Shown: positions 19,587 through 29,475 of the stretch, one piece after another | Position numbering within the stretch: the stretch's first letter is position 1 | Layout of the letters: each line of letters starts with the position of its first letter | Assembly (NCBI GenBank): GCA_001189155.1 | Contig: LFCP01000001.1 | Location: 147,779-211,778 of the forward strand | Reading direction: 5' to 3' | Source: Parcubacteria bacterium C7867-006 | Lineage (GTDB): Bacteria > Patescibacteriota > Minisyncoccia > Phycocordibacterales > DATDWN01 | DNA: 64,000 bases | Notes under the pieces: generated by a model | The model's database searches: none | Told to the model about the DNA's origin: nothing | What the model saw: only the letters and a program-made list of their open reading frames with translations | Translations under genes and position numbers: made by a program

Positions 19587-21491
19587 ATGTTTGTTGTAAG
19601 AAAATCAAAACACAATCCAATACTCGCGCCGAATCCAGAAAATTCTTTTGAGAATTATGCCACTTTCAATGGTAATCCAATAGAGGTTGGTAAAAATATT
19701 CATTTACTTTATAGAGCACAATCTATTCCAGAAAAATTTGGAGATATAAATTTTTCAATGTCTGTCGTTGGCAAAGCTGTTAGTAAAGATGGTGTTAATT
19801 TTAAAAATAGATCAATTTTTATTGAACCAACAGAAGAGTGGGAGAGATATGGTTGTGAGGATCCAAGAGTAACTAAAATAGGGGGTAAATATTATACATT
19901 TTATACAGCGTTATCGGCTTTTCCATTAAATATTCCAGAAGGTATAAAAGTAGGTCTTGCTATTAGTCGGGACATGAAAAAGGTAGATGAGAAACATCTC
20001 ATCACACAATTCAATGCTAAAGCAATGTGTCTTTTCCCTGAAAAGATAAATGGCAAGTACATTGCAATGCTGACAGTGAATCCAGACCGACTACCAACAC
20101 ATATTACGTTGGCTGAGTTCAATAAGATTGAAGATATGTGGAATGAAAAGTATTGGAAGAAATGGTATTCAAATCTAGAAAAGCATATTTTTATAAGAGG
20201 AGATGACAATGATCGTATTGAAATAGGTAGTTGTCCAATTAAAACGGAGAAAGGTTGGCTGATAGTGTGTTGTCGAATTCAAAACCACTCTTCACCAAAT
20301 AGAGTATTTGCCATAGAAGCTTTTCTTTTGGATTTAAAGGATCCAAAGAAAATTATAGGTAAAACTAGAGGAGCTTTAGTTGTTCCTGAAGAAACATATG
20401 AGAAAAATGGAATAATCGGTAATACTATATTTCCGAGTGGAGCCAGAATAGAAAAAGATAAGTTAGTTATATATTACGGAGCAACTGATACAACTGTAGC
20501 TGTTGCTTCTGTTAGTTTGAACTCTCTTCTAGAGGTAATGACATACCCATATAAACAAATTGGTTTTGACAGGATAGGTGATGGAGTTTTAATGAGACCA
20601 AGGAAAGGAATAGCTTGGGAAGAGAAGGCTATATTTAACCCAGCGGCAATTGATATTGGCGGTGTAGTTAGGATACTTTATAGGGCAATGGGCAATGATA
20701 ATACATCTGTTATTGGTTATGCTGAAAGTGAAAATACTATAGATATATCATTTATTTCTGATAAACCAGCATATGTTCCAAGAGAGTCTTTTGAGAGTAA
20801 GGGGGTTCCTGGCGGTAATTCTGGATGTGAGGATCCCAGACTGACAAAAATTGGTGGAACTGTGTATATGTACTACACGGCGTATAACGGCATTACTCCT
20901 CCTGCCGTAGCGATGACTTCAATATTAGAAAAAGATCTTAAAAAAAGAAATTGGAATTGGACTAAACCTGTATTGGTTACTGCAGATGGTATAGACGATA
21001 AAGATGGATGTTTACATCCAGAAAAAGTTAATGGAAAATATTTCCTATTTCATAGAGTTCATAACTATATTTGTGGTGACTTTGGTTCAACTCCAGCTTT
21101 TCCAGAAAGAAATAGTTTTAAAAATACACCAATAATTCTACCTCGTCCGGGAATGTGGGATAGTGTAAAAGTTGGAATATCTGTACCCCCAATAAAGACT
21201 GATAAGGGTTGGTTGCTTCTTTACCATGGAGTATCAGCTCGATCTAGATATAGAATTGGTGCCGCTTTGTTGGATTTGAAAGACCCAACAAAAGTTTTGG
21301 CTAGGACAACAGACCCAATATTTGAGCCTAAAGAAGCGTATGAAATAGAAGGACAGGTAAATTATGTTGTTTTTCCATGTGGCGCGGTTGTTAGAGATGA
21401 TGAGATATATATGTATTATGGAGGGGCAGATTCTATTATAGATGTTTCTTCTATCTCGCTTAAAAAGCTTTTAAATGTGCTTACAAAATAA
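19587..21491 (+). CDS. Glycoside hydrolase family 130-like phosphorylase, tandem-domain protein
   Basis: Two copies of the GCEDPR(V/L)TKIGG..Y..YTA motif and two WLL(L/I)YHG..(R)YR(I/L)GAALLDL motifs. Start moved to the ATG at 19587, avoiding the overlap with the upstream gene. Confidence 0.65.
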   Translation: MFVVRKSKHNPILAPNPENSFENYATFNGNPIEVGKNIHLLYRAQSIPEKFGDINFSMSVVGKAVSKDGVNFKNRSIFIEPTEEWERYGCEDPRVTKIGGKYYTFYTALSAFPLNIPEGIKVGLAISRDMKKVDEKHLITQFNAKAMCLFPEKINGKYIAMLTVNPDRLPTHITLAEFNKIEDMWNEKYWKKWYSNLEKHIFIRGDDNDRIEIGSCPIKTEKGWLIVCCRIQNHSSPNRVFAIEAFLLDLKDPKKIIGKTRGALVVPEETYEKNGIIGNTIFPSGARIEKDKLVIYYGATDTTVAVASVSLNSLLEVMTYPYKQIGFDRIGDGVLMRPRKGIAWEEKAIFNPAAIDIGGVVRILYRAMGNDNTSVIGYAESENTIDISFISDKPAYVPRESFESKGVPGGNSGCEDPRLTKIGGTVYMYYTAYNGITPPAVAMTSILEKDLKKRNWNWTKPVLVTADGIDDKDGCLHPEKVNGKYFLFHRVHNYICGDFGSTPAFPERNSFKNTPIILPRPGMWDSVKVGISVPPIKTDKGWLLLYHGVSARSRYRIGAALLDLKDPTKVLARTTDPIFEPKEAYEIEGQVNYVVFPCGAVVRDDEIYMYYGGADSIIDVSSISLKKLLNVLTK

Positions 21492-21496
21492 ATAGA

Positions 21497-22672
21497 CTAT
21501 CTTGTGTCTACCAAAGAAAGAGAATAGTGTGCCCCTAGTATCATAGTTGTTCCAATAAATATAAATAGGTATTGAAATGGAATGAACTGTAAAATAATTG
21601 TTGCAAGTATGGGTGCAACAATAAAAGAGATAGGTCTAGCTATTCTAAAAAAGCTGATTACGTCAGTTTTTTCCTTGTCTACTTGTTTAAAGAAATAACT
21701 TTCCACACTTACTTCAACAAAACTTGCACCAATTCTGGTTATAAATAGTATGGTTGCCCACATCCAGAATATTTGTGCTGTGATAAAGCTTATAAAAAGA
21801 GTAGCTAGACCCATTACAATAAAACCTATTGTGAGAAATTCTTTTTCACCATACTTATCATCAGATAATTCTCCTAATGGGACCTCAAAAAGAATAAAAG
21901 GTAGAAGCATTATGGTAAAAATTATTCCGATTTCCGCCCAAGAAAAACCAATAACAGTTTCAAGATAGATAGGAGTGTAGATTATCATAAAAGCATAAAA
22001 TAATTGGAGTAGGAATTGAGATATCAAAATGTTGTATAGATTTTTATTTTTTATGTATTCAGAAGCTGTTTCTTTAAGTCTTATATGATGTATTTCTGTT
22101 GATTTTATATCTCTGAATTTTTTTATCAGGAAATAAACTGGCAGTATCGATAAACATGAGATTAAGTAAACATTTGTAAAAATATGATCCATTATTATCC
22201 ATGATAGACAAAATGGGGCAATGACTATTGTTATATTTGTTAGTGTGAGATAAGTTGCTCTGATACTTCCAACTTTTGTTTTGTCTTCTTCTATGGATTC
22301 TATAAGGACATCCATATTGAATAGAATAAGAGATATTGTAACTGTGTGTATTATAAACCAAAGACTTACATAAAAAGCCGAGTCAGATAAAGCCAAACCA
22401 GCAGTTGATATTATTTCTATAATTAAAGATAGAATAATAAATTTATAAACGCCAATCTTTTCTAGTATTTTTGATGCGTTAATTAAGAGAATAGTGCTTC
22501 CTGCCGAACTTATTATATAAAGAGCAGATACTTGTGTTTCAGAGAAAAGAGTAGATAGAAAAGAAGAGTTAATGTAGATAATTAACGCATAGTGAAATGA
22601 GATAAAAACATTGGACAAGAATAGAGTATTTAACAGTTTTCCTTGCTTGAACGGAGAAAGTATTTTATCCAT
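21497..22672 (-). CDS. Polytopic membrane transporter (MFS-like, ~11-12 TM)
   Basis: 391 aa and highly hydrophobic; adjacent to the GH130 genes. Confidence 0.5.
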   Translation of the reverse strand: MDKILSPFKQGKLLNTLFLSNVFISFHYALIIYINSSFLSTLFSETQVSALYIISSAGSTILLINASKILEKIGVYKFIILSLIIEIISTAGLALSDSAFYVSLWFIIHTVTISLILFNMDVLIESIEEDKTKVGSIRATYLTLTNITIVIAPFCLSWIIMDHIFTNVYLISCLSILPVYFLIKKFRDIKSTEIHHIRLKETASEYIKNKNLYNILISQFLLQLFYAFMIIYTPIYLETVIGFSWAEIGIIFTIMLLPFILFEVPLGELSDDKYGEKEFLTIGFIVMGLATLFISFITAQIFWMWATILFITRIGASFVEVSVESYFFKQVDKEKTDVISFFRIARPISFIVAPILATIILQFIPFQYLFIFIGTTMILGAHYSLSLVDTR

Positions 22673-22710
22673 ATAGAATCATTATATAGCAAAAAAATAC
22701 AATACAAAAC

Positions 22711-22736
22711 AAAATCCACCCTTTCGGATGGATTTT
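22711..22736. terminator. Bidirectional intrinsic terminator
   Basis: aaaatccaccctttcggatggatttt. Confidence 0.65.
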
Positions 22737-22740
22737 GTTT

Positions 22741-24564
22741 TTAGACTCCTAATATGACCGGTATAACCATCGGTTTTTTTGCGGTCTTTTGGAATAAGAA
22801 CCTTGCAACGTTGTCTGCAAGAACTGATTTCACCATATCAAAATCTATAGGATTCATACCTTGAGTTGTGTCTTCAACAGTTTTCTTTATTATCATTCGA
22901 GCGTTAGTCAAAAGATCTTGAGATTCTCTGACATAGACGAAACCTCTAGCGATAATATCTGGGGATTTCTTTAGTTTTCCAGTTTTTGTGTTGATACTTA
23001 CAACAATCAAGAATATTCCGTCTTGAGCTAGCATTTTTCTGTCTCTTATAACCATTTCTTGTACATCTCCAACAGAGAAACCATCAACCAAAACTAGATT
23101 TGAAGGAACTTTTTCTTTTAGAATTCTTATTTTTTCTCCATTATCGTAGATTTCAACGATCGAACCGTTGTCCGGTATAACCACGTCCTCTTTGTTGTGG
23201 CCGAGAGAATATGAAAGTTCAGCGTGTTGACAGAGCATATAATGGTTTCCGTGAACTGGCATAAAGAATTTGTAAGGAATCTGTTGGTGTATCCATTTCA
23301 ATTCATCTCTGTTTCCGTGACCAGATGCGTGAATATCAGAGTCTAGGTATGTAACAATTTTTGCCCCAGATCTGTAGAGGTTATCTTTGAGGTTCACAAC
23401 AGATTTGTGATTTGTTGGAATAACAGAAGCAGATAGTAGAACTGTATCTGTTGGTTTTAGACGTACGTATTTATGAGTTTTATTCGCTATTCTCATTAGC
23501 GCTGCAAATTCCTCTCCTTGTGCACCTGTAACTAGCATTATGATTCTGTCTGGGGGATAGTTTTCAATATCTTCCAATGGAATAATATTTTTTGCATCAG
23601 CTAGTTTGAGGTGTTTAACTATTTCAATATTTGATTTCATTGAACGACCTTCAATAACAATTTTTTTGTTGTATTTTTCTGCTGCATTTATAATCGCAAT
23701 TATTCTCTCTACTTGGGAAGCGAATGTCGCAATTATTAGTCTACTTTTTGTTTCTTTAATGAATTTATCAATATTTTCTACTACCACATTTTCTGATAGA
23801 GAAAATCCCGGTTTTTCAATAGATGTTGAGTCCATCGTTAGCAATAGAGTGTTCATGTTTTTAAACATTTTATATTGCTCAACCTCTTCTTCTGTTGGAA
23901 CTCCATTTACGTTGTCCACTCTAACATCTTCAATAAAAACTATATTTCCATATGGAGTTTCTATTATAAGACCCATTGAGTCTGGAATAGTGTGAGAAAT
24001 AGGAAAAGTTTTTACTTTCAATGAGCCAACGTTGATAGTTTCGTTTCCTTCAATTATTTGAATATCTAGAGGTTGTAGGTGAGGGAACTCATCTTGTCTT
24101 TTTTGGATCATTATTGCTCCGAACTGTCTTGTGTAGATTTTTGGGTAACCAATTCTGTCTATTATGAAAGGTAATCCTCCTATGTGATCTAGGTGTCCGT
24201 GTGTGATGAAAAGACCTCTAATTCTATCTTTGTTATCTTCAAGGTATTTTGTGTTTGGAAGAATATAATCTATTCCAGGAGTATCTTCGTCTTTGAATTG
24301 GAAACCAATATCAATAACTATGATATCGTTTTTGTACTCAATCATGGTCATATTTCTTCCGATTTCTTCTACTCCACCAAGGGGTATTATTCTGATGTTG
24401 TCTCCAATAGGAGGGATTATGTCTTCTGCCTTCTTCATCATTCTCGGTGATGTTGGTGTTCTACCAAATGATTTTCGGCCAAAAGACGATCTACTTCTCC
24501 CATGAGAATGACCTCTTCCTTCTCTTCCAGTATTTCTTACTTCTTTTTTCTGTTCTGTGTCCAT
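22741..24564 (-). CDS. rnj: Ribonuclease J (metallo-beta-lactamase/beta-CASP)
   Basis: HGHLDHIGG motif, 607 aa, basic disordered N-terminus. Confidence 0.8.
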   Translation of the reverse strand: MDTEQKKEVRNTGREGRGHSHGRSRSSFGRKSFGRTPTSPRMMKKAEDIIPPIGDNIRIIPLGGVEEIGRNMTMIEYKNDIIVIDIGFQFKDEDTPGIDYILPNTKYLEDNKDRIRGLFITHGHLDHIGGLPFIIDRIGYPKIYTRQFGAIMIQKRQDEFPHLQPLDIQIIEGNETINVGSLKVKTFPISHTIPDSMGLIIETPYGNIVFIEDVRVDNVNGVPTEEEVEQYKMFKNMNTLLLTMDSTSIEKPGFSLSENVVVENIDKFIKETKSRLIIATFASQVERIIAIINAAEKYNKKIVIEGRSMKSNIEIVKHLKLADAKNIIPLEDIENYPPDRIIMLVTGAQGEEFAALMRIANKTHKYVRLKPTDTVLLSASVIPTNHKSVVNLKDNLYRSGAKIVTYLDSDIHASGHGNRDELKWIHQQIPYKFFMPVHGNHYMLCQHAELSYSLGHNKEDVVIPDNGSIVEIYDNGEKIRILKEKVPSNLVLVDGFSVGDVQEMVIRDRKMLAQDGIFLIVVSINTKTGKLKKSPDIIARGFVYVRESQDLLTNARMIIKKTVEDTTQGMNPIDFDMVKSVLADNVARFLFQKTAKKPMVIPVILGV

Positions 24565-24603
24565 GATTTTATTTGTTAATTTGATTTTATAACTGTTACC
24601 TAA

Positions 24604-26349
24604 TTATTTTATAAATATTTTCCAAACATTATTTGTTTCTATGTACCACTTTCCAACATCCGCAAACCTTTCTCCTGGTGTTGTTATCTGCCCTATAGTT
24701 ACACTTTTTATTTTTTTTGGAACTATATAAATAAAGTAAGGTGAGTATGTGAAGACTGCGGGAGCGTCGTTGGTAATCTCTTTGTTAAAACTATTGAAAT
24801 ATCCCTGTTTTAACTCCGGATTACTTGTATTTCTTATATTTTCTAGAAGTTTGTCTGCTTTCAAGTTTGTGTATAGAGCAATGTTTAATCCTGGGCTATT
24901 TCTTTGTGATGAGTGCCAGAATGGATATAAATCCATATCTCTTCCCACAACCTCTCCAAACAATAGGGAGTCGTACTTTCTGGGTTTAATTATGTTTTGA
25001 TTCAAATCTCCAATTTCAAATATTTTTACTTCAACTACTGCTCCTAACTCTTGCCACTGTTTTTGTAAAAGATATGCAGTCTCTTTCAACTCTGGAACAT
25101 TTCCTGTTGAGATTGAGAAAGATAGGGTAATAGTTTCTTTTTTATCTTTTTTAACAAAAACTCCATCTTCATTTTGACTCCAACCAGCTTTTGTTAGTAT
25201 AGCTTTTGCTTTTTCTATCCTGTCGCTAGATGTAGTAGATATTTCTTTTTCTGACATTGTTTTTAGCGGAACAGGAGTGTCTATTGCCTGACCATAACCG
25301 CCTAATATATTGTCTATTATTGCTTGTTTGTCTGTTACTACGTTTAGGGCCTGACGAACTTCTTTGTTTACAAAAATAGGAGCTACGTTTTGATTGAAAA
25401 ATACTCCGAATATTCTAGGCAGAGGGGAGAGTATTATTTCATCACTCGCGATTTTTAGAGCAGGCAATTCTTTTGGTGACACACTGTGTAGACTTTCTAT
25501 ATCTCCTTTTTTATATGCATCAATAATGTCAGCTTCATTTTGATATGACTTAATAATTATTTTTGTTATATACGGTTTGCCTAGAGCATATTTGTTAAAT
25601 GAAACTAGGTGGTATTCTGATGGGAGGCCACTGCTTGTGTAAGTGATATAGTCTATTTTATATGGCCCTGTTCCAACTGGTTTTGTGTTGAATTGGCTGA
25701 AAGGGAATTCTTCTATGGAAGCTTTATTCCAAATATGTTTTGGAAGAATACCTAGTGTAGTGTTTTGTATAAAAGATGAATAAGGCTGTTTCAATATAAA
25801 AGAAACTGTTTTGTCGTTTATTTTTTCTACTTTAACACCACTCCAGTTTGCCTCTCTCGGACTTTTTAGTTCAGAGTTTTGAGCTTTCTCAATAGTAAAT
25901 ATTACATCATCTGCTGTAACGCTTGTTCCATCGTGGAATACTGCATCATCTCTGATTTTAAAAGTATAGATTAGGGAATCATCTGAAATAGTGTAACTAT
26001 CGGCAAGATCTGGAGACAACTCTCCACTAGAGTCTGCTTTTAGTAGGCCTGAATAAATTAAAGATGTTAAATCTTTATCTATATCACTAGATGCTAATAG
26101 GGGATTTATAAAACGAGGTGAGCCAATAACTCCTTCTGTTAAAGAGCCACCGTAGTTCGGAACCTCTACTAGGAAAAGTTTGTTAACTTGATATAAAAGT
26201 GAAAGGCCGCTAATTATAAAAATAGCAGAAAAAATGAAAAATATTGTTTTTTCTGTAAGAGAAAAAGACTGAATGACTTTCATAGCCTTATCTGAATAAG
26301 GTATTTTCCACTCCTTTTTAGTTAGTGATTTCAAATATTCTTTGTCCAC
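24604..26349 (-). CDS. ABC transporter substrate-binding protein, family 5 (peptide/nickel type)
   Basis: 581 aa, N-terminal TM/signal, SBP_bac_5-like length and pattern. Confidence 0.6.
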   Translation of the reverse strand: MDKEYLKSLTKKEWKIPYSDKAMKVIQSFSLTEKTIFFIFSAIFIISGLSLLYQVNKLFLVEVPNYGGSLTEGVIGSPRFINPLLASSDIDKDLTSLIYSGLLKADSSGELSPDLADSYTISDDSLIYTFKIRDDAVFHDGTSVTADDVIFTIEKAQNSELKSPREANWSGVKVEKINDKTVSFILKQPYSSFIQNTTLGILPKHIWNKASIEEFPFSQFNTKPVGTGPYKIDYITYTSSGLPSEYHLVSFNKYALGKPYITKIIIKSYQNEADIIDAYKKGDIESLHSVSPKELPALKIASDEIILSPLPRIFGVFFNQNVAPIFVNKEVRQALNVVTDKQAIIDNILGGYGQAIDTPVPLKTMSEKEISTTSSDRIEKAKAILTKAGWSQNEDGVFVKKDKKETITLSFSISTGNVPELKETAYLLQKQWQELGAVVEVKIFEIGDLNQNIIKPRKYDSLLFGEVVGRDMDLYPFWHSSQRNSPGLNIALYTNLKADKLLENIRNTSNPELKQGYFNSFNKEITNDAPAVFTYSPYFIYIVPKKIKSVTIGQITTPGERFADVGKWYIETNNVWKIFIK

Positions 26350-26414
26350 GAAAATAAATATTTAGTATTAATTTTAAGATAATACAAAGGTAGAACCTGT
26401 AATGTATTAACTAA

Positions 26415-26645
26415 TTACAAAAGTAGTAGGCTGAATGAAGTCGCGGCAAAGAGAACAGCTATAACAATAGTTGCAATAAATAGTGTTTTCTCAAACCCTC
26501 GTTTTGTATGATATCCAGAAGAGAAACTGTCACCTCCGCCAAATGCAGAACCTAAGCCAGCTTCTGATTGTTGTAGGAGTATGCCCCCGATAAGTAGGAC
26601 AGACAATACAATTTGGATATAAGGAATCATTCCAGCAATACTCAT
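26415..26645 (-). CDS. secG: Preprotein translocase subunit SecG
   Basis: IQIVLSVLLIGGILLQQSEAGLGSAFGGG; two TM helices; 76 aa. Confidence 0.7.
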   Translation of the reverse strand: MSIAGMIPYIQIVLSVLLIGGILLQQSEAGLGSAFGGGDSFSSGYHTKRGFEKTLFIATIVIAVLFAATSFSLLLL

Positions 26646-26693
26646 GATGGGTTACATAATATCAAAGTTTCCTAAAAATGCAACCCTGGCAAA

Positions 26694-27335
26694 GTGGAAG
26701 TACTTATTATATGTGTTATAATCCCTCTATTATTGTTAACTAAAATTATTATGATGCCAACAGAACAAAGCTTTTTTCAAAGAAATAAAACATGGTTGGT
26801 TATATTAGGTCTTGTTGTTGTTTTAGCTTTTTGGGTAATGGGCAGTTATAACTCACTCATTACACAGGATAAAGCTGTAACAGCGCAGTGGGCTCAGGTA
26901 GATAACCAGTTGCAACGACGTTTTGACTTGATTCCAAATGTTGTTGAGACTGTTAAAGGTGAAATGAAGCAGGAGACTGCAGTATTTACTGCAATAGCGG
27001 AGGCTAGAACTCGCTATTCTGGAGCTACAACTGTAGATCAAAAAGCTGCTGCGGCTTCACAGTATGAATCTGCGATTGGAAGATTACTCGTTATTTCAGA
27101 AAATTATCCAGTTCTCGGCTCTTCAAAGGGTTTCTCTGAGTTAAGAACTCAGTTGGAAGGGGCAGAAAATAGAATTGCTGTTGAAAGAATGAAATACAAT
27201 CAATTGGTTCAGGCTTTTGACACAAGTATAAGTAGATTCCCTGGAATCCTAGTGGCTAAAATGTTTGGATTTGGTGAAAAGTCATATTTTGAAGTTCCGG
27301 AGACAGCTAAAGTTAATCCAGAGGTAAAGTTCTAA
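26694..27335 (+). CDS. LemA-family protein
   Basis: YNSLITQDKAVTAQWAQVDNQLQRRFDLIPNVVETVKG. Confidence 0.75.
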   Translation: MEVLIICVIIPLLLLTKIIMMPTEQSFFQRNKTWLVILGLVVVLAFWVMGSYNSLITQDKAVTAQWAQVDNQLQRRFDLIPNVVETVKGEMKQETAVFTAIAEARTRYSGATTVDQKAAAASQYESAIGRLLVISENYPVLGSSKGFSELRTQLEGAENRIAVERMKYNQLVQAFDTSISRFPGILVAKMFGFGEKSYFEVPETAKVNPEVKF

Positions 27336-27344
27336 TAAACTCTA

Positions 27345-28211
27345 ATGCAAAAAACTTTTGCATTTTTAGCTCTATTTGTTTTTCCTATTTACCTTTCAGC
27401 CTTTACTGTTCCTAATAAACCAACTGGTTTTGTTCAGGACTATGCTGGAATTTTAACTGCACAGCAAGTTTCGGATCTTGAGGTAAAATTAGAAACTTTT
27501 GAGAGGAACACAACAAATGAAATCGCTGTTGTAACTATTCCATCACTTGATGGTGATATTATTGAAAATGTTGCACAAGATATTTTTACAAAGTGGGGAA
27601 TAGGTAAAAAGGGAAAAGACAATGGAGTATTACTCCTCATTTCTCTTTCAGATAGAAAAACTAGAATACATACAGGATATGGGGTTGAAGGAGATTTAAC
27701 TGATATCGGCACATCATATATACAGAGTGATGTTATAACGCCAGCGTTTAGAAATGGTGATTACTATCTAGGTATAAATGGTGCTATAGATAAAATGATA
27801 AAGGCTTTAGGTGGAAATAATATTGTTCCAGATAATTATTCACAAAAATCAAATGGTTTGCCTTGGGACTTGTTGTTCTTTGTATTTATTTTTGGGGTAC
27901 AACTTATTACAGCAATTTTAGCAAGATCGAAGTCGTGGTGGGGTGGTGGAGTTTTGGGTGGTGTTGTCGGGATGCTCCTGTGGCATTTTTTCATAGCATC
28001 TTTGATTGTTGCTATTCCCACAATAGTTGTTTTGGTTTTGTTCGGGCTATTTCTTGATTATATAGTTTCCAACTCATATAGTCGGGCAAGAGCTAGTGGA
28101 GTTTATCCATGGTGGATGAGAGGTGGAGGAGGTGGCTCTGGTGGCGGTGGAGGTTTCGGTGGATTCGGAGGCGGTTCGTCTGGAGGAGGAGGTAGTAGCG
28201 GTTCTTGGTAG
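27345..28211 (+). CDS. TPM-domain protein (YgcG-like) with Gly-rich C-terminus
   Basis: Signal peptide, VQDYAGILTAQQVSDLEVKLETFERNTTNEIAVVTIPSLDG, a C-terminal TM helix and a poly-Gly/Ser tail; the classic LemA partner. Confidence 0.7.
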   Translation: MQKTFAFLALFVFPIYLSAFTVPNKPTGFVQDYAGILTAQQVSDLEVKLETFERNTTNEIAVVTIPSLDGDIIENVAQDIFTKWGIGKKGKDNGVLLLISLSDRKTRIHTGYGVEGDLTDIGTSYIQSDVITPAFRNGDYYLGINGAIDKMIKALGGNNIVPDNYSQKSNGLPWDLLFFVFIFGVQLITAILARSKSWWGGGVLGGVVGMLLWHFFIASLIVAIPTIVVLVLFGLFLDYIVSNSYSRARASGVYPWWMRGGGGGSGGGGGFGGFGGGSSGGGGSSGSW

Positions 28212-28237
28212 AGTTTATTTTGTGATAATATTAAATT

Positions 28238-28831
28238 ATGGACGAAACACAAAAACTAAAAGAACAAATAGCTATTTTGGAGTTTAAGATAAATGAGTTA
28301 GAGAAAGATCTTATTCATGATTCATTAACTGGATTGAGAACAAGAGATTTTTTTGAGGAGGAAACTGCTGTTTATTTGTCTACTATATTAAAAGTTGAAG
28401 AGGGGAAGAGAAAAGATTGGTTTGGTTTCAGGAATCTTTCTGTATTATTTTTTGATATTGATAATTTTAAAATTATAAATGACACATATGGTCATGATGT
28501 TGGTGATATGGTTTTGGAAAAAGTATCAGGAATAATAAAACAAAGTATTAGAGAGGGAGACACTGCTGCGCGATGGGGCGGTGAAGAGATTGTGGTGTCA
28601 TTATTGGGCGCTAATGAAGCAGATGCAAAAAGTAAGGCTGATGATATTAGAGCAAGAATAGAAAATTATGTTTTTGAGTTAAAGCCAGAACTAAGAGTTA
28701 CTATTAGTGCTGGTGTTGCTAGTTATGAAAATGGTATTGATTTGCATGAGTTAATAAAAAATGCGGATAAGTCTCTTTATAAAGCAAAAGAGTCTGGAAG
28801 AAACAAAGTCATAGCATTTTCTGAAATATAA
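28238..28831 (+). CDS. GGDEF-domain diguanylate cyclase (stand-alone)
   Basis: ARWGGEEIVV (GGEEF-type active site), 197 aa, N-terminal coiled coil. Confidence 0.75.
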   Translation: MDETQKLKEQIAILEFKINELEKDLIHDSLTGLRTRDFFEEETAVYLSTILKVEEGKRKDWFGFRNLSVLFFDIDNFKIINDTYGHDVGDMVLEKVSGIIKQSIREGDTAARWGGEEIVVSLLGANEADAKSKADDIRARIENYVFELKPELRVTISAGVASYENGIDLHELIKNADKSLYKAKESGRNKVIAFSEI

Positions 28832-28873
28832 ATATGTTTTCGTGTAATTAATTTGAATAGGGTCTGAAGATTG

Positions 28874-28960
28874 GGAGAGTTCGCATAGCGGTCTAGTGCG
28901 CTCGCTTGGAAAGCGGGTAAGGGAGAGATCCCTTCAGGAGTTCGAATCTCCTACTCTCCG
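28874..28960 (+). tRNA. tRNA-Ser (anticodon GGA), long variable arm, CCA not encoded
   Basis: GGAGAGT...anticodon loop TTGGAAA...long variable arm...GGAGTTCGAATCTCC T-arm...ACTCTCCG. Confidence 0.8.
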
Positions 28961-28983
28961 CTAATTAGTTATATAATTTTATT

Positions 28984-29475
28984 ATGGAAAATTTAAGAAA
29001 TTCTACTCTCATATTTTTAGTAAATACAGATGGCAATAAAATTACTAAAGTTTGCCTAGCTATGAAAAAGCGAGGTTTCGGAGCTGGTAGATGGAATGGA
29101 GTTGGTGGAAAAGTTGAAAGCGGTGAGACCATAGAAGACGCAGCAAAAAGAGAAGCAAAAGAAGAGATAGGTGTAAATATAGAAATTATCAAAAAAGTTG
29201 GAGAGATATCTTTTTATTTTCCACACAAAACTGAATGGAATCAGCTGGTCAGTATATTTTTTTCAGACAAATGGATTGGAGAACCATCCGAGAGTGAAGA
29301 AATGAGACCAGAATGGTTTGAGATTGATAAAATTCCTTTTGATAAAATGTGGCCAGATGACAAGTTTTGGTTACCAATTGTTTTGGGTGGAAAGTTAATA
29401 AAAGGAAGTTTTACTTTTTTGGACGGTGATATAATAAAGGATGAAAAAGTGGAGATAGTTGATTCTTTAAACTAA
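28984..29475 (+). CDS. NUDIX hydrolase
   Basis: Nudix box GGKVESGETIEDAAKREAKEEIGV. Confidence 0.8.
   Translation: MENLRNSTLIFLVNTDGNKITKVCLAMKKRGFGAGRWNGVGGKVESGETIEDAAKREAKEEIGVNIEIIKKVGEISFYFPHKTEWNQLVSIFFSDKWIGEPSESEEMRPEWFEIDKIPFDKMWPDDKFWLPIVLGGKLIKGSFTFLDGDIIKDEKVEIVDSLN

Noticed and set aside
28090-28211. Gly/Ser-rich repetitive DNA (GGTGG/GGAGG repeats)
   Set aside because: Encodes the low-complexity C-terminal tail of the TPM protein; not a CRISPR array or mobile repeat.
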